The notes under the pieces: generated by a model
What the model was told of the DNA's origin: nothing
What the model saw: only the letters and a program-made list of their open reading frames with translations
The model's database searches: none
Part shown: piece after piece, positions 50,814 through 59,486 of the stretch
Position numbering within the stretch: position 1 is the stretch's first letter
How the letters are laid out: each line of letters opens with the position of its first letter
Origin: a bacterium
Lineage (GTDB): Bacteria > Synergistota > GBS-1
DNA length: 64,000 nucleotides
Direction of reading: 5' to 3'
Assembly: GCA_030153785.1 (NCBI GenBank)
Contig: JASKLF010000006.1
Span: 86,405-150,404, forward strand
Program-made: the position numbers and the translations under genes

Positions 50814-52263
50814 CCTGACGCACGTTATAAACTACCCAAAAAACTAATATTCCCGTTAAAGTGAGAGTTATAGGTCTCCCGATTAGCGCCAACCAAAAAT
50901 TGTCACTTGTTTGAGCCAAAGCAATTGCTTTTCTCAAATTAAAATCCATCATATTCCCAAGAACAAATCCAAGAACCATCGGAGCCACAGAATAATCTCT
51001 CAGCCTCATCAGAAAACCAAGCACACCAAACAATACCATCACTAAGGCATCGAAAAGACTGTTATTGACCGCATATGCTCCAATAACACAAAGAACCGAA
51101 ATAACCGGCAACAAAATACTCTTGGGAATGTTAGTAATACCGGCCAGAAATGGAGCCAAAGAAACAGCCAAAAGCAAAACACAAAAAGCACCGACAAAAC
51201 CGCTTACAACTATGGCATAAAATAACTCGGGCGTTTGAATAAAAATTGTAGGACCAGGGCGAAGTCCGTGAACATAAAAGGCAGCAAGCATAACAGCCGT
51301 AACAGCATCTCCAGGTATGGCCATCGTTAACATCGGTATTAAGGCTCCCCCTATACAAGCATTATTCGCAGATTCACTTGCAACTATTCCTTCAACGGCT
51401 CCCTCTCCAAAGGGCTTAGATGGCTTTTTAACGGTCTTCTTAGCCATATCATAAGCCATCAAAGCAGCAATCGGCCCTCCCACCCCAGGCAAAGCCCCAA
51501 CGAAAGTCCCGATCAAAGCTGACTGAAGAGATAACCTCCAATGCTTTAATATCTCCCTAAAACAAACCCTCTCCCCAGTAATCTCTTCAGCTATAGCTCC
51601 CAAATTTCTTTGAGAAACTTGAGTCAAAACTTCAGAAAAACCAAACAAACCTATAAGAGCAGCAACTAAATTGATACCTCCAAGAAGGCTTGTAGAACCA
51701 AAAGAGAAGCGCCCCACTCCAAAAACGGGATCCATACCTATTAATCCCAATAAAACACCTATAAATGCGCTTATTAAGCCTTTTAAGAAGCTCTTAGAGG
51801 TAAGAGAACCCACCGTTGTAAGACCAAATAAAGCAAAGAGAAAGTAATCAAAAGGAGTAAAAGCTAAAGCAAGCTTAGTCACCGGCTTCGCCACGGTCAG
51901 CAATATAACCAAACCTATAATAGTTCCGATAAAAGAATAGATAGCTGCCGTATAAAGTGCCGTTTTCGCTCTACCCTGCCTGGCTAAAGGAAAACCATCT
52001 AACGTTGTGGCTACCGAAGAAGGTGCTCCAGGTATGTTTACCAAGATGGCAGAAATAGCACCCGCATAGACTCCAACCACATAAACGCCCATTATGACCG
52101 CAAGAGCATCAGTCATTGGCCATGGCATCGTTATAGAAACAAGTAGCGCCGTAGCCATGGTAACGCTTAACCCCGGCAACGCTCCAACAACCAAGCCCAA
52201 CAAGGAACCAAAGAAAATCAAAGCAACAAACCTTAAAGTCAAAAGATCACTAATACTAACCAT
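50776..52263 (-). CDS. tctA: tripartite tricarboxylate transporter permease TctA
   Basis: GALPGL, NIPGAP, ESANNA, IPGD. Confidence 0.93.
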   Translation of the reverse strand: MVSISDLLTLRFVALIFFGSLLGLVVGALPGLSVTMATALLVSITMPWPMTDALAVIMGVYVVGVYAGAISAILVNIPGAPSSVATTLDGFPLARQGRAKTALYTAAIYSFIGTIIGLVILLTVAKPVTKLALAFTPFDYFLFALFGLTTVGSLTSKSFLKGLISAFIGVLLGLIGMDPVFGVGRFSFGSTSLLGGINLVAALIGLFGFSEVLTQVSQRNLGAIAEEITGERVCFREILKHWRLSLQSALIGTFVGALPGVGGPIAALMAYDMAKKTVKKPSKPFGEGAVEGIVASESANNACIGGALIPMLTMAIPGDAVTAVMLAAFYVHGLRPGPTIFIQTPELFYAIVVSGFVGAFCVLLLAVSLAPFLAGITNIPKSILLPVISVLCVIGAYAVNNSLFDALVMVLFGVLGFLMRLRDYSVAPMVLGFVLGNMMDFNLRKAIALAQTSDNFWLALIGRPITLTLTGILVFWVVYNVRQVRASSEPGKSRI

Positions 52264-52270
52264 TTTGCTT

Positions 52271-52684
52271 CTACGGAAGCACCACCCTCAGTAAAACACC
52301 AAATGTATAGTAAACAAATAAAGTCAATCCAAAAGAAAGAACCCCGAGAAGCAACAAGTTTCTAACCCCTAAAACTAGGAAAAACAGCGCAAGGTAAATA
52401 AACGTAGATAAAGCAAAGTGGAAAAATGATAAAAGCAGAACATATGCAATAGACAGCGTTGTAACAGTCAGAACAATCTTCCAATCAATGTAAAACCCCT
52501 CGTTGGATCTCTTCTTATAACCCCTTCTCCCAAGAAGGAGAATGGAAAGAACAAAAAGCACAACTCCTACAATCAAGGGGAAAAGCCCTGGAGAAAGAGC
52601 CCACTCCCCAAAGGAGTGAAGAGAAAAGGCATGAATAATTGTAAATACAGCTACAGCTAAAAGAATAGAAGCTTCCAATACCAC
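52271..52684 (-). CDS. tctB: tripartite tricarboxylate transporter TctB
   Basis: 4 TM, PGLFP motif, ends F...L.V.LP; lies between tctC and tctA. Confidence 0.85.
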   Translation of the reverse strand: MVLEASILLAVAVFTIIHAFSLHSFGEWALSPGLFPLIVGVVLFVLSILLLGRRGYKKRSNEGFYIDWKIVLTVTTLSIAYVLLLSFFHFALSTFIYLALFFLVLGVRNLLLLGVLSFGLTLFVYYTFGVLLRVVLP

Positions 52685-52687
52685 GGC

Positions 52688-53686
52688 CTAAGGTTTGGGT
52701 ATACCAAACTTCTCTGGACTATGTTTAGTAACTCCAGCCTCGTAAAGTAGCCACGAAACCACAGATTCCCAATGCCTCCAATAGTCTAATACTGCTCCAC
52801 CTTCCAAGTGATGCATTGTAACATAATGAACTTTCTTAACAAAATCGATCCACTGAGGATCACTAACGGCAGCCTTTGCAGCCTTCAAGAGAACCTCTTT
52901 AACATCCTCAGGTGTGCCTTTCTTCACAAGCAAGCAGTTCGAAAACTCTAAGGGGAAATACCTTTTAAGTTCTGGCAAAACGTCAGTTATAGGAGGTACC
53001 CCAGGAAAGGCATCTACAGGCTTATCAGACCAAACCGCTAAAACCCTAACATCACCAGAAGCGATATAGCCAAGCGTCGGAGCAGTATTGGAGGATGTAA
53101 ACTCAACCTGCCCCCCTAAAAGAGCAAGCATTGCCTCATTACCGCCACCAAAGGGAATAAGAGCAACATCTAACCCCACTTTTTTAAGAAGAAGACCTTG
53201 AATATGCCCGCTTGCCCCAGGCCCAGAGTAAGACATGCGAACCTTACCAGGACGTGCTTTTATATCCTCAATCAAGTCTTCTATCTTTTTGTAAGGAGAT
53301 TTAGCCGAAACCGTAATAAGTTTTGTGTCGTAAACCATCATGATAAGAGGATCGAAATCGTTAAAGCTCAGCTCGCTTATGCCCATCACACGAAAGCTAC
53401 CAGGAGTTTCGGCAGAAAATAAAACGGTATAGCCATCGGCAGGTCTGGAATAAACAAACTCAGTTCCAATTGCTCCAGATGCTCCCGGCTTGTTCAAAAC
53501 AATCACAGGTTGCCCTAAATACTTTTCAAATACAGGAGCAAACGCCCTTGCTACCGTATCAGTTACTCCACCAGCGCTCCAGGGAACAACCAAAGTTACA
53601 GGTTTCTCGGGAAAGGCTCCAAAAGCCGATGAACCAGATAAGACAACCAGAAAGAATAAACAAACTGCTACTAGAAACTTTCGCAC
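52688..53686 (-). CDS. tctC: tripartite tricarboxylate transporter substrate-binding protein TctC
   Basis: FPEKPVTLVVPWSAGGVTD, NKPGASG, ADGYT. Start placed at GTG 53686. Confidence 0.92.
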   Translation of the reverse strand: MRKFLVAVCLFFLVVLSGSSAFGAFPEKPVTLVVPWSAGGVTDTVARAFAPVFEKYLGQPVIVLNKPGASGAIGTEFVYSRPADGYTVLFSAETPGSFRVMGISELSFNDFDPLIMMVYDTKLITVSAKSPYKKIEDLIEDIKARPGKVRMSYSGPGASGHIQGLLLKKVGLDVALIPFGGGNEAMLALLGGQVEFTSSNTAPTLGYIASGDVRVLAVWSDKPVDAFPGVPPITDVLPELKRYFPLEFSNCLLVKKGTPEDVKEVLLKAAKAAVSDPQWIDFVKKVHYVTMHHLEGGAVLDYWRHWESVVSWLLYEAGVTKHSPEKFGIPKP

Positions 53687-53795
53687 AGCAAATACCCCCC
53701 TTACCAAAAAGATATAAGGATCTTCCAAATAAGGAATATCAAAAGGCGAAAAGTTAGTCAATAGTCAAATGCCCATTTCCTCGTAAGTAAAATCT

Positions 53796-54839
53796 TTAAC
53801 CTTTCGCGCTCTTCTCCAGAAAAACGGTGCGAATTGGGAAAGGAATTACAATGCCTTCTTCCCTATACCGCCTATGTAAGCGTTTAACAAACTCGTGTTT
53901 AATAAGGTACTGATCAACAAATTCTTTTGCCCTCAAAATAACTGTAAAGTTTATACTAAAATCAGCAAAGGTATGATAACGAATAAAAGGCTCAAAATCC
54001 GGAACCCCTCCAGGAACTTCTCTCATTACCTCTTTTGCCACATCAATGGTTACCCTCTCCACCTTATCTAAATCGCTATCGTAACTTACCCCAACCTGAA
54101 CTAAAACCGCCATATCCTTGCTCGGCAAATAATAATTCTTTACCCTTGCTTGAGCCAGCTTAGAATTAGGAATAATAATAAGGTTGTTGGGAAGCTCTCT
54201 TATTGTGGTGTTCCTCCAAGTTATGTCAACCACATACCCTTCATCGCCACCATCAAGTTTCACATAATCTCCCGGTCTTATCTGTTTGGTAAGAATGATA
54301 TGAAGCCCAGCAAAGAAATTAGAGAGGGTATCTTGCAAAGCTAAGGCAACCGCTAAACCACCAATGCCAAGTCCTGCAATGATGGGAGAAATAGCAATTC
54401 CCAACGACTGAAGAATAATAAGTACACCTAAAGTAAAAATCAGGATCTTTGCTATTGTAGAAAAAAGCGTTATTCCCGGTAGCACAGGCTTAGCCCTTTC
54501 CTGATAAATGTTAATGAATCCCTCAACAATCCTGGCTATAACAAAAGTTGCAGAAATAATACCCAAGACAAGTAAAACATTCTTAATTAAAGTCAGAAAC
54601 GTTGCCCTTATAAGAAGACCAAGAATTGCTATATAAACCCCTATTAAAACGGACCAAAAAATGATCCATCCCTTTAAAGAACCAAGAATTACACCAAAAC
54701 CTTTCCATTTAGCTTCCGATGCGATGCTCTCAAGCTTCCTCAGAATAAACCTCTCAAGCAATACCCCCACAAGAATTGCTACCAAAACCGTGCTTAAAGA
54801 AAAACCTATGGAAGACAAGCTTACTCCCCCCACACTCAC
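53796..54839 (-). CDS. mscS: small-conductance mechanosensitive channel
   Basis: GIGGLAVALALQDTLSNFFAG, GD.V, I.WR.T, IPN, IPFP. Confidence 0.92.
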   Translation of the reverse strand: MSVGGVSLSSIGFSLSTVLVAILVGVLLERFILRKLESIASEAKWKGFGVILGSLKGWIIFWSVLIGVYIAILGLLIRATFLTLIKNVLLVLGIISATFVIARIVEGFINIYQERAKPVLPGITLFSTIAKILIFTLGVLIILQSLGIAISPIIAGLGIGGLAVALALQDTLSNFFAGLHIILTKQIRPGDYVKLDGGDEGYVVDITWRNTTIRELPNNLIIIPNSKLAQARVKNYYLPSKDMAVLVQVGVSYDSDLDKVERVTIDVAKEVMREVPGGVPDFEPFIRYHTFADFSINFTVILRAKEFVDQYLIKHEFVKRLHRRYREEGIVIPFPIRTVFLEKSAKG

Positions 54840-54876
54840 TACTTATCCACCTCCTGTGTTGCTCAAAATCCAGAAA

Positions 54877-55389
54877 TCAAACCTTCTTTGGGTCTATAAA
54901 AACATCTATCCACGGAAGTTTGTATGTAAAACTCACATAGAGAAAGACCGAAACAACGAACAAAATAAAAGTGACGACTTTAAAGGAAAAATCTATCTTC
55001 CCCGCCTCTATACCTCTTTCTATCACCATCACAGCAATTACAGCAATATAAGTAATAAGTATAGACCAAGCCACCTCTACCCACAAAACCTCAATTTTCC
55101 CATATACCGCGGGGACTATATACCATAAAATCATCGTAATCCACGGAAGCATTACCGCAGATAATAACTTAGGATACCAAAAAACAACGGTTCCGTTGAA
55201 CCTCCCTTTGGAGAAACGTTCAACGATGCTCGCTAAAATATAGGCCCAAAAAGCCATCTTCAAATGCTGAAAAACAGACTCATTAATACCACAAAAGGGA
55301 GCAAGAAGCTTCCATTCTGTCAAATCATATCCAAAATGCAGGATAGAAAAAATAGCGAGGTATATTAACCCCTTTATATACAGATTCAT
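54877..55389 (-). CDS. membrane protein, DUF6512-like
   Basis: LHF.Y, NESVFQHLK motif, several TM segments. Confidence 0.65.
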   Translation of the reverse strand: MNLYIKGLIYLAIFSILHFGYDLTEWKLLAPFCGINESVFQHLKMAFWAYILASIVERFSKGRFNGTVVFWYPKLLSAVMLPWITMILWYIVPAVYGKIEVLWVEVAWSILITYIAVIAVMVIERGIEAGKIDFSFKVVTFILFVVSVFLYVSFTYKLPWIDVFIDPKKV

Positions 55390-55537
55390 CAGACTCTCCT
55401 CCCTACTTCAAGGCCAAAAAGTAACAGAGAAAAACCTCAACAAAGTCAATCCAAAAGGTCAACCAATTATCTAACAAAAGATAAATCGAATACACAGGTA
55501 CCAGGTTTACTCACTTTGTCTCTTCATGGATAATCTT

Positions 55538-55592
55538 GATACCCGCTTGTTTTATGACCCGAACGAGGTAAGATGGGGAGCGAAGCGATGAG
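55538..55592 (-). repeat. truncated attC-like remnant
   Basis: The minus strand reads TCGCTTCGCTC...TTCGGG.CATAAAACAAGCGGGTATC just after the methyltransferase stop. It shares ACAAGCGG.TATC with the site at 56364-56452. Confidence 0.4.
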
Positions 55593-55610
55593 GAATTTAC
55601 CTAAACCATA

Positions 55611-56322
55611 TTATTTCCTTACAACTTTTTTAAGAAACACTTTTCCAATTTTTTTAATGGGTTTTGGTAACCTCTGAAGCGTTGAAATTAAAATTTCAGC
55701 CGCTTTTTCCACATCCACTGTATAATCTCCCGTAAATGTTAAATCACCAGTATCCACTATACCTCCGATTTGATAGAATTCTGTCTCGGAAATAAAGGGT
55801 TCGTTTTCCCTCTTAATGTAAGCCACAGCTATTAGGTTTCTAGGCGCTTTAAACTCGTCCTTATCTAAGATGGTATAATTTATAATCTCATAATTACATT
55901 TCTTAGCTAAACCTCTCACAAAAGGCTCAGTATAATAATACCTGCAGTGTTTTGGCCAATGTCCTTTAAGGGGGAATACATGAATCATGATGCCACCTTT
56001 TCTACACATATCATGTACATTTTTAAAAAACCGAGTACTGATTGTTAACATGCTCAATAGTTCCGTAGTTTGTTATAACATCAAATTGATTTAAAAAAAT
56101 AAATGGTACAGGTTTATCCAAATCTATTGGCAAAGCTCCATCCCTTCCATTTATATCTATAGAGATATGTTGTACCCCGCGAGATAAGTATATGTTTTTT
56201 GCAACCTTACCTTCATCAGTGCGTTGATTCCCAAGTTCACACCATTTGAGCCCTTCGTATTCTAAACCCAATAAATCAAGGACACTCCTTTCATATTCCC
56301 ATATCGATTTGGAGATTCCCAT
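55611..56322 (-). pseudogene. class I SAM-dependent methyltransferase split by a +1 frameshift
   Basis: SD AAGGAGG and ATG 56322. Motifs ELGNQ, SIDING and FDVITNYGTIEHV continue as FKNVHDMC.KGG..IH in the +1 frame across GTT TTT TAA AAA (T6 on the minus strand, 56025-56030). Confidence 0.8.
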
Positions 56323-56363
56323 GTTCCACCTCCTTAATCTTTTAGATAACAGAGACAAATGTG

Positions 56364-56452
56364 GTATAACGCCTTGCAGATAAACGAAGGTAGCAAAAAA
56401 ATTTTTGAACGAGCAAAGGCGATGGCCAAAGCCAGATAACCGCTTGTTGTGC
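56364..56452 (-). mobile_element. degenerate integron attC-like site
   Basis: The minus strand reads GCACAAC-AAGCGG...CTTCGTTTATCTGCAAGGC-GTTATAC: AAC...GTT core ends with partial inner pairing, between two co-oriented genes. Confidence 0.55.
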
Positions 56453-56507
56453 GAGTGCGATAACCCCGAAGTGAACGTAAGCGAATAGAGCAGTTACAAG
56501 GCAGAGT

Positions 56508-56936
56508 TTATAACTTCTCCCAAGGTTCGATCTCTCCCGCTATGATTATGAATAAAGGATGAGCATCAACCTTTTCGACACTCTTAATCTCTTCGTATTT
56601 TTCTTTATTCCTTAATTTTAACTTATTTAACAAGTGTTGAAACTCATAAGCAACCTGCTTGTCGGTAACGGTTAATTTACTATCTATCTTCACTTTTTGA
56701 ATTTTGCTTTCATTAAAATTATAACCTCTTCCTTTTGCTTCCAGCAAAATTTCGTAAAGATATGCATTGATATAGGCAATCGGATCCTTCGACTTTTTAA
56801 ACCTTTCAAGCTGTGGATGGTTCTTATACCCTTCAGTTTTTCCTTCCAACACCTTTTTAGCAAGCAGGCCCTCACGCCAAACAGCAAGAAGCCCTTTTGT
56901 ATCTAAATATTTTGGGTGAATCGACCATAAACGCAT
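56508..56936 (-). CDS. pyrimidine dimer DNA glycosylase/endonuclease V family protein
   Basis: MRLWSIHPKYLD.KGL.A.WREGLLA, GY.NHPQL.RF, RGYNF. Start placed at ATG 56936. Confidence 0.9.
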   Translation of the reverse strand: MRLWSIHPKYLDTKGLLAVWREGLLAKKVLEGKTEGYKNHPQLERFKKSKDPIAYINAYLYEILLEAKGRGYNFNESKIQKVKIDSKLTVTDKQVAYEFQHLLNKLKLRNKEKYEEIKSVEKVDAHPLFIIIAGEIEPWEKL

Positions 56937-56964
56937 CCTCTCACCTAGTTTAACATGTAAATTA

Positions 56965-57108
56965 TTAACTAAGAATGCCTGCAAACCTAACCCAAAATAG
57001 ATAAAGAATAAAATTGACAGAGCTCAAAATAAAGAAAGAGTCTATAAAACCTGTAATCAAAGGGATTATTATTGAGATTGTAAGTTTTATATGTTTATAA
57101 AATACCAT
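56965..57108 (-). CDS. small hydrophobic ORF (47 aa)
   Basis: GGGG-N7-ATG; MVFYKHIKLTISIIIPLITGFIDSFFILSSVNFILYLFWVRFAGILS*. Below the ORF track length cutoff. Confidence 0.3.
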   Translation of the reverse strand: MVFYKHIKLTISIIIPLITGFIDSFFILSSVNFILYLFWVRFAGILS

Positions 57109-57248
57109 TTTAATTCCCCGATATATCAAATAGCTTCTTTTGGATATACTTCTTTACATAGAATAAAAACTTACAAACGCATAATCATTTTTAATTCTCC
57201 TTAGTATTAGATCAGTGTAAACGGTTTTAACATATCATTGGGATTAAT

Positions 57249-58193
57249 TTAGATCACCTCTAAGGTACCGTCCCAGTTTATCTTAAATCTTTTATTATTT
57301 TCGATTACCGTTCCGGGTGAGAAATAATATTCTGGGGTTGATATTACCCGTCCCGGCTCGTCGTTATTCTCTGAACCCCCCTCTCCTAGGGAATTAGGGT
57401 CATAATACCCCCTCCCCGTTAGAAGCTCTATATCTCCTGTAAATTTCAAATCTTTATCGTATTTTAAGTGGGCAACAAGGAATTCGCTACTATTCATCTT
57501 TATATCTTCAGGATGTTTCCATTTGAAAGGGGAAAGTTCTGCTGGGAATTTTATTTGATTAACCGATTCAAGAACTACATGCCCAAAGCCGTATTTTGAT
57601 TCTCCGCCGAGTATTAATTCTCCAATAACATTAAAACCATCGATAGATATTTCTTGATTATTTATAATAACTTCTTTACCGTTTAATTTTGTATTTTCCT
57701 TAATCCAAATACACCCTGCGATTTTCACATCTTTCAAGTCCCCACTTTCATCTTTAAACCTGTTGTTGATAAATTCAACTTCATGCAAGCTTTCGTCTTT
57801 TGCAGTTCCACTGTTGTCTATTGCTGTTGAAATAACACTTCCTATGAATTTATGTTCAAACTCAGATTTAGTTATGTCTTTTTTATTATCCCCATATTTA
57901 AGTCCCTCATTTGTATAACGGGGAAAGTACATCGTCTGTCCATCATAAAGATAGAAATATGAGAATCTAAAGTTATCCATAACCTGTTTTCCTATCTCCT
58001 TGTAATCATTTGCCTTGGGTTTTCTGCGATTTTTTTCGCATAAATACTCTGTCACTCTCTTTGTTACAGCCCCCCACAGGTTTCTTCCGAGAACATAATA
58101 CCGTGTAGGCGAAATGACAGAACCTTTAAAAGGCAAATATCCGATGTGGAGAGGACTCTTCAACTTGAATACAACATCAACCTTTTTCCACAT
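57249..58193 (-). CDS. cmr3: type III-C CRISPR RAMP, Cmr3 position (Cas5 group)
   Basis: LKSPLHIG, LWGA and G-rich loop LGGESKYGFG; last gene of the cas operon. Confidence 0.75.
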   Translation of the reverse strand: MWKKVDVVFKLKSPLHIGYLPFKGSVISPTRYYVLGRNLWGAVTKRVTEYLCEKNRRKPKANDYKEIGKQVMDNFRFSYFYLYDGQTMYFPRYTNEGLKYGDNKKDITKSEFEHKFIGSVISTAIDNSGTAKDESLHEVEFINNRFKDESGDLKDVKIAGCIWIKENTKLNGKEVIINNQEISIDGFNVIGELILGGESKYGFGHVVLESVNQIKFPAELSPFKWKHPEDIKMNSSEFLVAHLKYDKDLKFTGDIELLTGRGYYDPNSLGEGGSENNDEPGRVISTPEYYFSPGTVIENNKRFKINWDGTLEVI

Positions 58194-58195
58194 CT

Positions 58196-58567
58196 TTATT
58201 CACCCATTCTCGCATGATACAATGCATAGATTAAAGTGCGTTCAAGTAGCTTCTTCAAGAAGAGGAGTTTATCAATATCCTGGGCAATTTTCCCTAATTT
58301 TACACAAAAGTCTGCAAAATTATTATGGGGGAAACTATCTGAATCCCCAAGAAGATACTTTATAATCTCTGATTCGTTCAGCAGTTTAATAAGTTTTTCC
58401 CTTATCTCCTTTGACTTATCTTTATCCTCGATCCAGAAAAACATTGCATAAACGCCATCTTCCTGCAAAACTCCAAGAGCCTTTCTAAGATTATTTTCAA
58501 GATTTGAATCACTGATTTTACTTATCTCCTGAGCATATTCCATACATTTATAATCAAGATTAAGCAT
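58196..58567 (-). CDS. cmr5: type III CRISPR small subunit (Cmr5/Cas11)
   Basis: Small helical protein, KALGVLQEDGVYA, LERTLIYA.YHA; follows cmr4. Confidence 0.75.
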   Translation of the reverse strand: MLNLDYKCMEYAQEISKISDSNLENNLRKALGVLQEDGVYAMFFWIEDKDKSKEIREKLIKLLNESEIIKYLLGDSDSFPHNNFADFCVKLGKIAQDIDKLLFLKKLLERTLIYALYHARMGE

Positions 58568-59486
58568 TTATACCACCTTCTTCTGTATTTGTGTCACTTA
58601 AACTACCAAGAAGTAACTCCAACCTGCCGAAGCCTCTTGTCCCCATTCCACCTATACCAAGATTTTTGATGTATGGCGTTACTGCTCTAATTATTTCATC
58701 AACAACATTATTGCCTCTGCTTCTTTGTCTTGCCATAGTCTTATCTACACCAATTTCAAATCCGAACACTGTTCCCCTTGGTATCGCCTCGTAGGTGAAT
58801 AATGCTCCTTCTGCCGCAGTTCCTGTCGATGGGTCTATTCTTACAGAGGTTCTTACTTCAAGATTATCATTTACTATATGTGAAAATAACTTATCAGATA
58901 CAACCACTATTCTTTTCACCCACCTACCCACTCCTAAAGGTAGAACAATCTCTTTTTCTTTATTAACACCCTCAACCTCAAGCAATAACCAGCCAAGATT
59001 TAGAGGTTTACTTATATCTATTCCTTTAATTGCATAAGCTTTATCAGTAATTTCATCTGGAATTTTTATTTTTTCACCATCTTTATCTTCAAACCAGTAT
59101 TCAATAAACCAGTATTCAATCAGCTCTTTTGTAGTAATCCACACTGTGCCTTGAACGGAGGAAACTGGAAAGAAAAGTATCTGTCCATCATAGAATCGTA
59201 AAATGCCTTTTTTGGTTTCAGTTCCAAAAACATCTTCAATGTTTACATTTTCAGGTTTCTTATCAGCATCACTCCCTTCTTTATTCTCCTCTTTCACAAT
59301 TTCTGCATATGCTCTCACTATTCCTGCAATCGAAGTTCCAGGAATCTTTGGTACATTTGTGGCAGGATCTCTCACAATCGTATTATCCACTCTTCCCAGC
59401 CTATACCCTCCAGCCCCTATATGTATGGGGTCAAGGGCTCTTGCATATATCTTTTTAGGCATTAAATCATCAATACTTTCATACAT
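58560..59486 (-). CDS. cmr4: type III CRISPR RAMP Cmr4 (Cas7 RNase)
   Basis: DPIHIGAG...VDNTIVRD, P.IPGTS, TSVRID..TGTA..GALFTYEA, GIGGMGTRGFG. Start placed at ATG 59486. Confidence 0.9.
   Translation of the reverse strand: MYESIDDLMPKKIYARALDPIHIGAGGYRLGRVDNTIVRDPATNVPKIPGTSIAGIVRAYAEIVKEENKEGSDADKKPENVNIEDVFGTETKKGILRFYDGQILFFPVSSVQGTVWITTKELIEYWFIEYWFEDKDGEKIKIPDEITDKAYAIKGIDISKPLNLGWLLLEVEGVNKEKEIVLPLGVGRWVKRIVVVSDKLFSHIVNDNLEVRTSVRIDPSTGTAAEGALFTYEAIPRGTVFGFEIGVDKTMARQRSRGNNVVDEIIRAVTPYIKNLGIGGMGTRGFGRLELLLGSLSDTNTEEGGINA

Noticed and set aside
53755..53768. TAGTCAA tandem repeat as a CtsR box
   Set aside because: It lacks the 3-nt spacer between heptads and precedes a transporter, not a heat-shock gene.
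55390..57248. CRISPR array near the cas genes
   Set aside because: No regularly spaced 25-40-bp direct repeats were seen here or elsewhere in the window.
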